Positions 62,196-64,000 of a stretch of 64,000 nucleotides of DNA are shown here, in pieces. The position numbers and the translations under genes are program-made. The first letter of the stretch is position 1; each line of letters begins with the position of its first letter. Below the pieces are notes generated by a model that searched no databases, was not told the origin of the DNA, and worked only from the letters and a program-made list of their open reading frames with translations. The stretch spans positions 64,001 to 128,000 of the forward strand of contig JBBQZX010000005.1 of assembly GCA_038207335.1 (NCBI GenBank). The letters run 5' to 3'. Source of the DNA: Chthoniobacterales bacterium. Lineage in GTDB: Bacteria > Verrucomicrobiota > Verrucomicrobiia > Chthoniobacterales > Chthoniobacteraceae.

Positions 62196-63437
62196 ATGCT
62201 CCCGCGCCTCGTCAGCATCTTCGGCCTTTTCGCCCTGCTTTTCATCGCGTGGGCGATGTCGAATCACCGCCGCGTTTTCCCCTGGCGCACCGCCATTTTC
62301 GGCATCGCGCTGCAATTCGTGTTCGCGCTTTTCATCTTGAAAACGTCGCTCGGCGCGAGCGTCTTCACCGGCGCGCAGCTAGCCGTCAATCACCTCAACG
62401 ACTACGCGATCGAGGGGACAAAAATGGTCTTCGGCCCGCTCGGTGATGGCGCTTCGCTCGGCACGGTCTTCGGCGCGAACAGCTACATTTTTGCCATCTC
62501 GGTCACCGCCACGATCATCCTGGTCTCAGCGCTTTCGTCTCTGCTCTACCACTGGGGAATTTTGCAGCGCGTCGTGCAGGGAATGGCCTGGGTGATGCAG
62601 CGCGCGATGGGCACCAGCGGCAGCGAGAGCCTGGCCGCGGCGAGTAATATTTTCCTCGGCCAGACCGAGGCCGCCCTGCTCATCCGGCCATACATCCCGC
62701 ACATGACCAAAAGCGAAATCATGGCACTCATGACGACCGGCATGGCCACGATCGCGAGCGGCGTCATGGTTGTCTATGCAGAGATGGGCGTCGGTGCCGG
62801 GCACCTGCTCGTCGCGTCGGTTTTGAGCGCGCCGGCGGGACTCATCATTGCGAAAATCATGTTCCCCGAGTTGCAGAAAAGTGAGACCGGCGCGAGCGCA
62901 TCGGCGGGAGTGGAAAAAGGAACAGTGAACGGCATCGACGCGCTCTGTCGCGGTGCGAGCGAAGGAGTCGCGCTGGCGATCAATGTCATGGCGATGCTCA
63001 TCGCATTCGTGGCCATCGTGGCGCTCGCGAACGCGCTTTTCGGCTGGGTGCAAACGCACGTCGGTATCGCGGAGCCGGTCACTTTCCAGCAGCTCCTCGG
63101 CTGGGTGAATGCGCCCTTCGCGTGGCTTATCGGCGTGCCGTGGAAAGACTGCGCGATCGTCGGCCAGGCGCTGGGGGAGCGGGTCGTACTGAATGAATTC
63201 ATCGGATACCTCTCGCTCACCAAACACGCTTCGGAGCTTGATCCGCGGTCGATGACCCTCGCGACCTACGCGCTCTGCGGCTTCGCGAATTTCTCCAGCA
63301 TCGCGATCCAAATCGGTGGCATCGGCGCACTCGCGCCGGAGCGCCGCGGCGACCTCGCGGCGCTGGGTCTGAAGTCGATGGTCGGTGGTCTGCTGGGCTG
63401 CTACCTCACGGCAACCGTTGTCGGCGTGATGCTCTGA
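62196..63437 (+). CDS. nupC: concentrative nucleoside transporter (NupC/CNT)
   Basis: [39 protein letters not shown]. Confidence 0.93.
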   Translation: MLPRLVSIFGLFALLFIAWAMSNHRRVFPWRTAIFGIALQFVFALFILKTSLGASVFTGAQLAVNHLNDYAIEGTKMVFGPLGDGASLGTVFGANSYIFAISVTATIILVSALSSLLYHWGILQRVVQGMAWVMQRAMGTSGSESLAAASNIFLGQTEAALLIRPYIPHMTKSEIMALMTTGMATIASGVMVVYAEMGVGAGHLLVASVLSAPAGLIIAKIMFPELQKSETGASASAGVEKGTVNGIDALCRGASEGVALAINVMAMLIAFVAIVALANALFGWVQTHVGIAEPVTFQQLLGWVNAPFAWLIGVPWKDCAIVGQALGERVVLNEFIGYLSLTKHASELDPRSMTLATYALCGFANFSSIAIQIGGIGALAPERRGDLAALGLKSMVGGLLGCYLTATVVGVML

Positions 63438-63446
63438 TTTTTTGGA

Positions 63447-64000
63447 ATGCTCGACGCGATCCTGCGGCAGTTGCTGCCACTCCTGGAGCCGGTCGGTTTC
63501 CTCTGGCTCGCGCTCATCGTCATCGCCGCGCTGCTTTTCTGGAGGCGCCGCCGCGCCCTTGCCGGAGCGGTTTTCGCGGCGGCGCTCGTCCTCACGATCG
63601 TCGGCAGCACGGGCCTCCCGGGCGCGATGCTCGCCAGCTTGGAGCGGCCATTTGCGGGGCGGAAAATCGCGGACATTCTGCCATGCGATGCCGTCGTGAT
63701 GCTCGGCGGCGGGCTCGAGCCGTCGCGGTACGAAGTCGGCGGCGTGCATTTCACGAAGGCCGGAGATCGGATCATCATGGCGTTGGAGCTGATGCGACTC
63801 GGCAAGGCACCCGTGCTCGTGCTCGGCGGCGCGGCTTCGGAGATGGATGGATCGCTGCACGTCGAGGCCGACCTCACGCGCGACTTGCTGGCATCGTGGA
63901 AATTGCCCGGCGGCGCGGGGCAAAAAGTCATCAGCCTCGGCGAGAACGGCAACACGCACGACGAGGCGCTCAAAGTGCACGAACTGGCCTCCACAAATGG
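63447..64000 (+). CDS. YdcF/DUF218 family membrane protein (runs off window end)
   Basis: Not in the ORF track. ATG 63447 reads MLDAILRQLLPLLEP, TM helices, LERPF, DAVVMLGGG, DRI, VLGG, NTHDEA. Confidence 0.8.
   Translation, partial: MLDAILRQLLPLLEPVGFLWLALIVIAALLFWRRRRALAGAVFAAALVLTIVGSTGLPGAMLASLERPFAGRKIADILPCDAVVMLGGGLEPSRYEVGGVHFTKAGDRIIMALELMRLGKAPVLVLGGAASEMDGSLHVEADLTRDLLASWKLPGGAGQKVISLGENGNTHDEALKVHELASTN

Overview
High-GC bacterial chromosomal window. It is most likely PVC superphylum (Verrucomicrobiota-like), inferred from LEPRxLL-type secreted proteins, a PVC-type heme CxxCH protein, DUF1549/DUF1553 and PSCyt1-WD40 proteins, PEP-CTERM proteins and exosortase/EpsI. Order of contents: PolX-PHP, GH63-like glycosidase, recJ, a frameshifted surface-protein pseudogene, an ORF with two PEP-CTERM signals, a 15-gene coupled glycosyl-/methyl-/acetyltransferase cluster, two ThuA-domain genes, a TIGR03032-like gene divergent from a Gly-rich beta-helix protein, a cytochrome c DUF1549/WD40 pair, a possible integron-cassette relic, glgE, a GalT homolog lacking its catalytic His, acylphosphatase, an ABC exporter operon, GT9, tRNA-Ser(GGA), a phosphate-starvation locus, WecB/TagA, a GME-like epimerase, exosortase+EpsI, an LprI-domain protein, transaldolase, NupC and a truncated YdcF gene. 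The most notable system is the phosphate locus. Its two PstB paralogs carry complementary degenerate ABC motifs, predicting an asymmetric heterodimer with one active ATP site. PhoU is fused to an apparently dead LMW-PTP/ArsC domain, and 11-bp periodic GTGAC repeats lie upstream of both phoU and a PlcP-like phosphoesterase. No CRISPR array, rRNA, transposase or integrase was seen. Family calls are from motif recognition by eye, not database searches.
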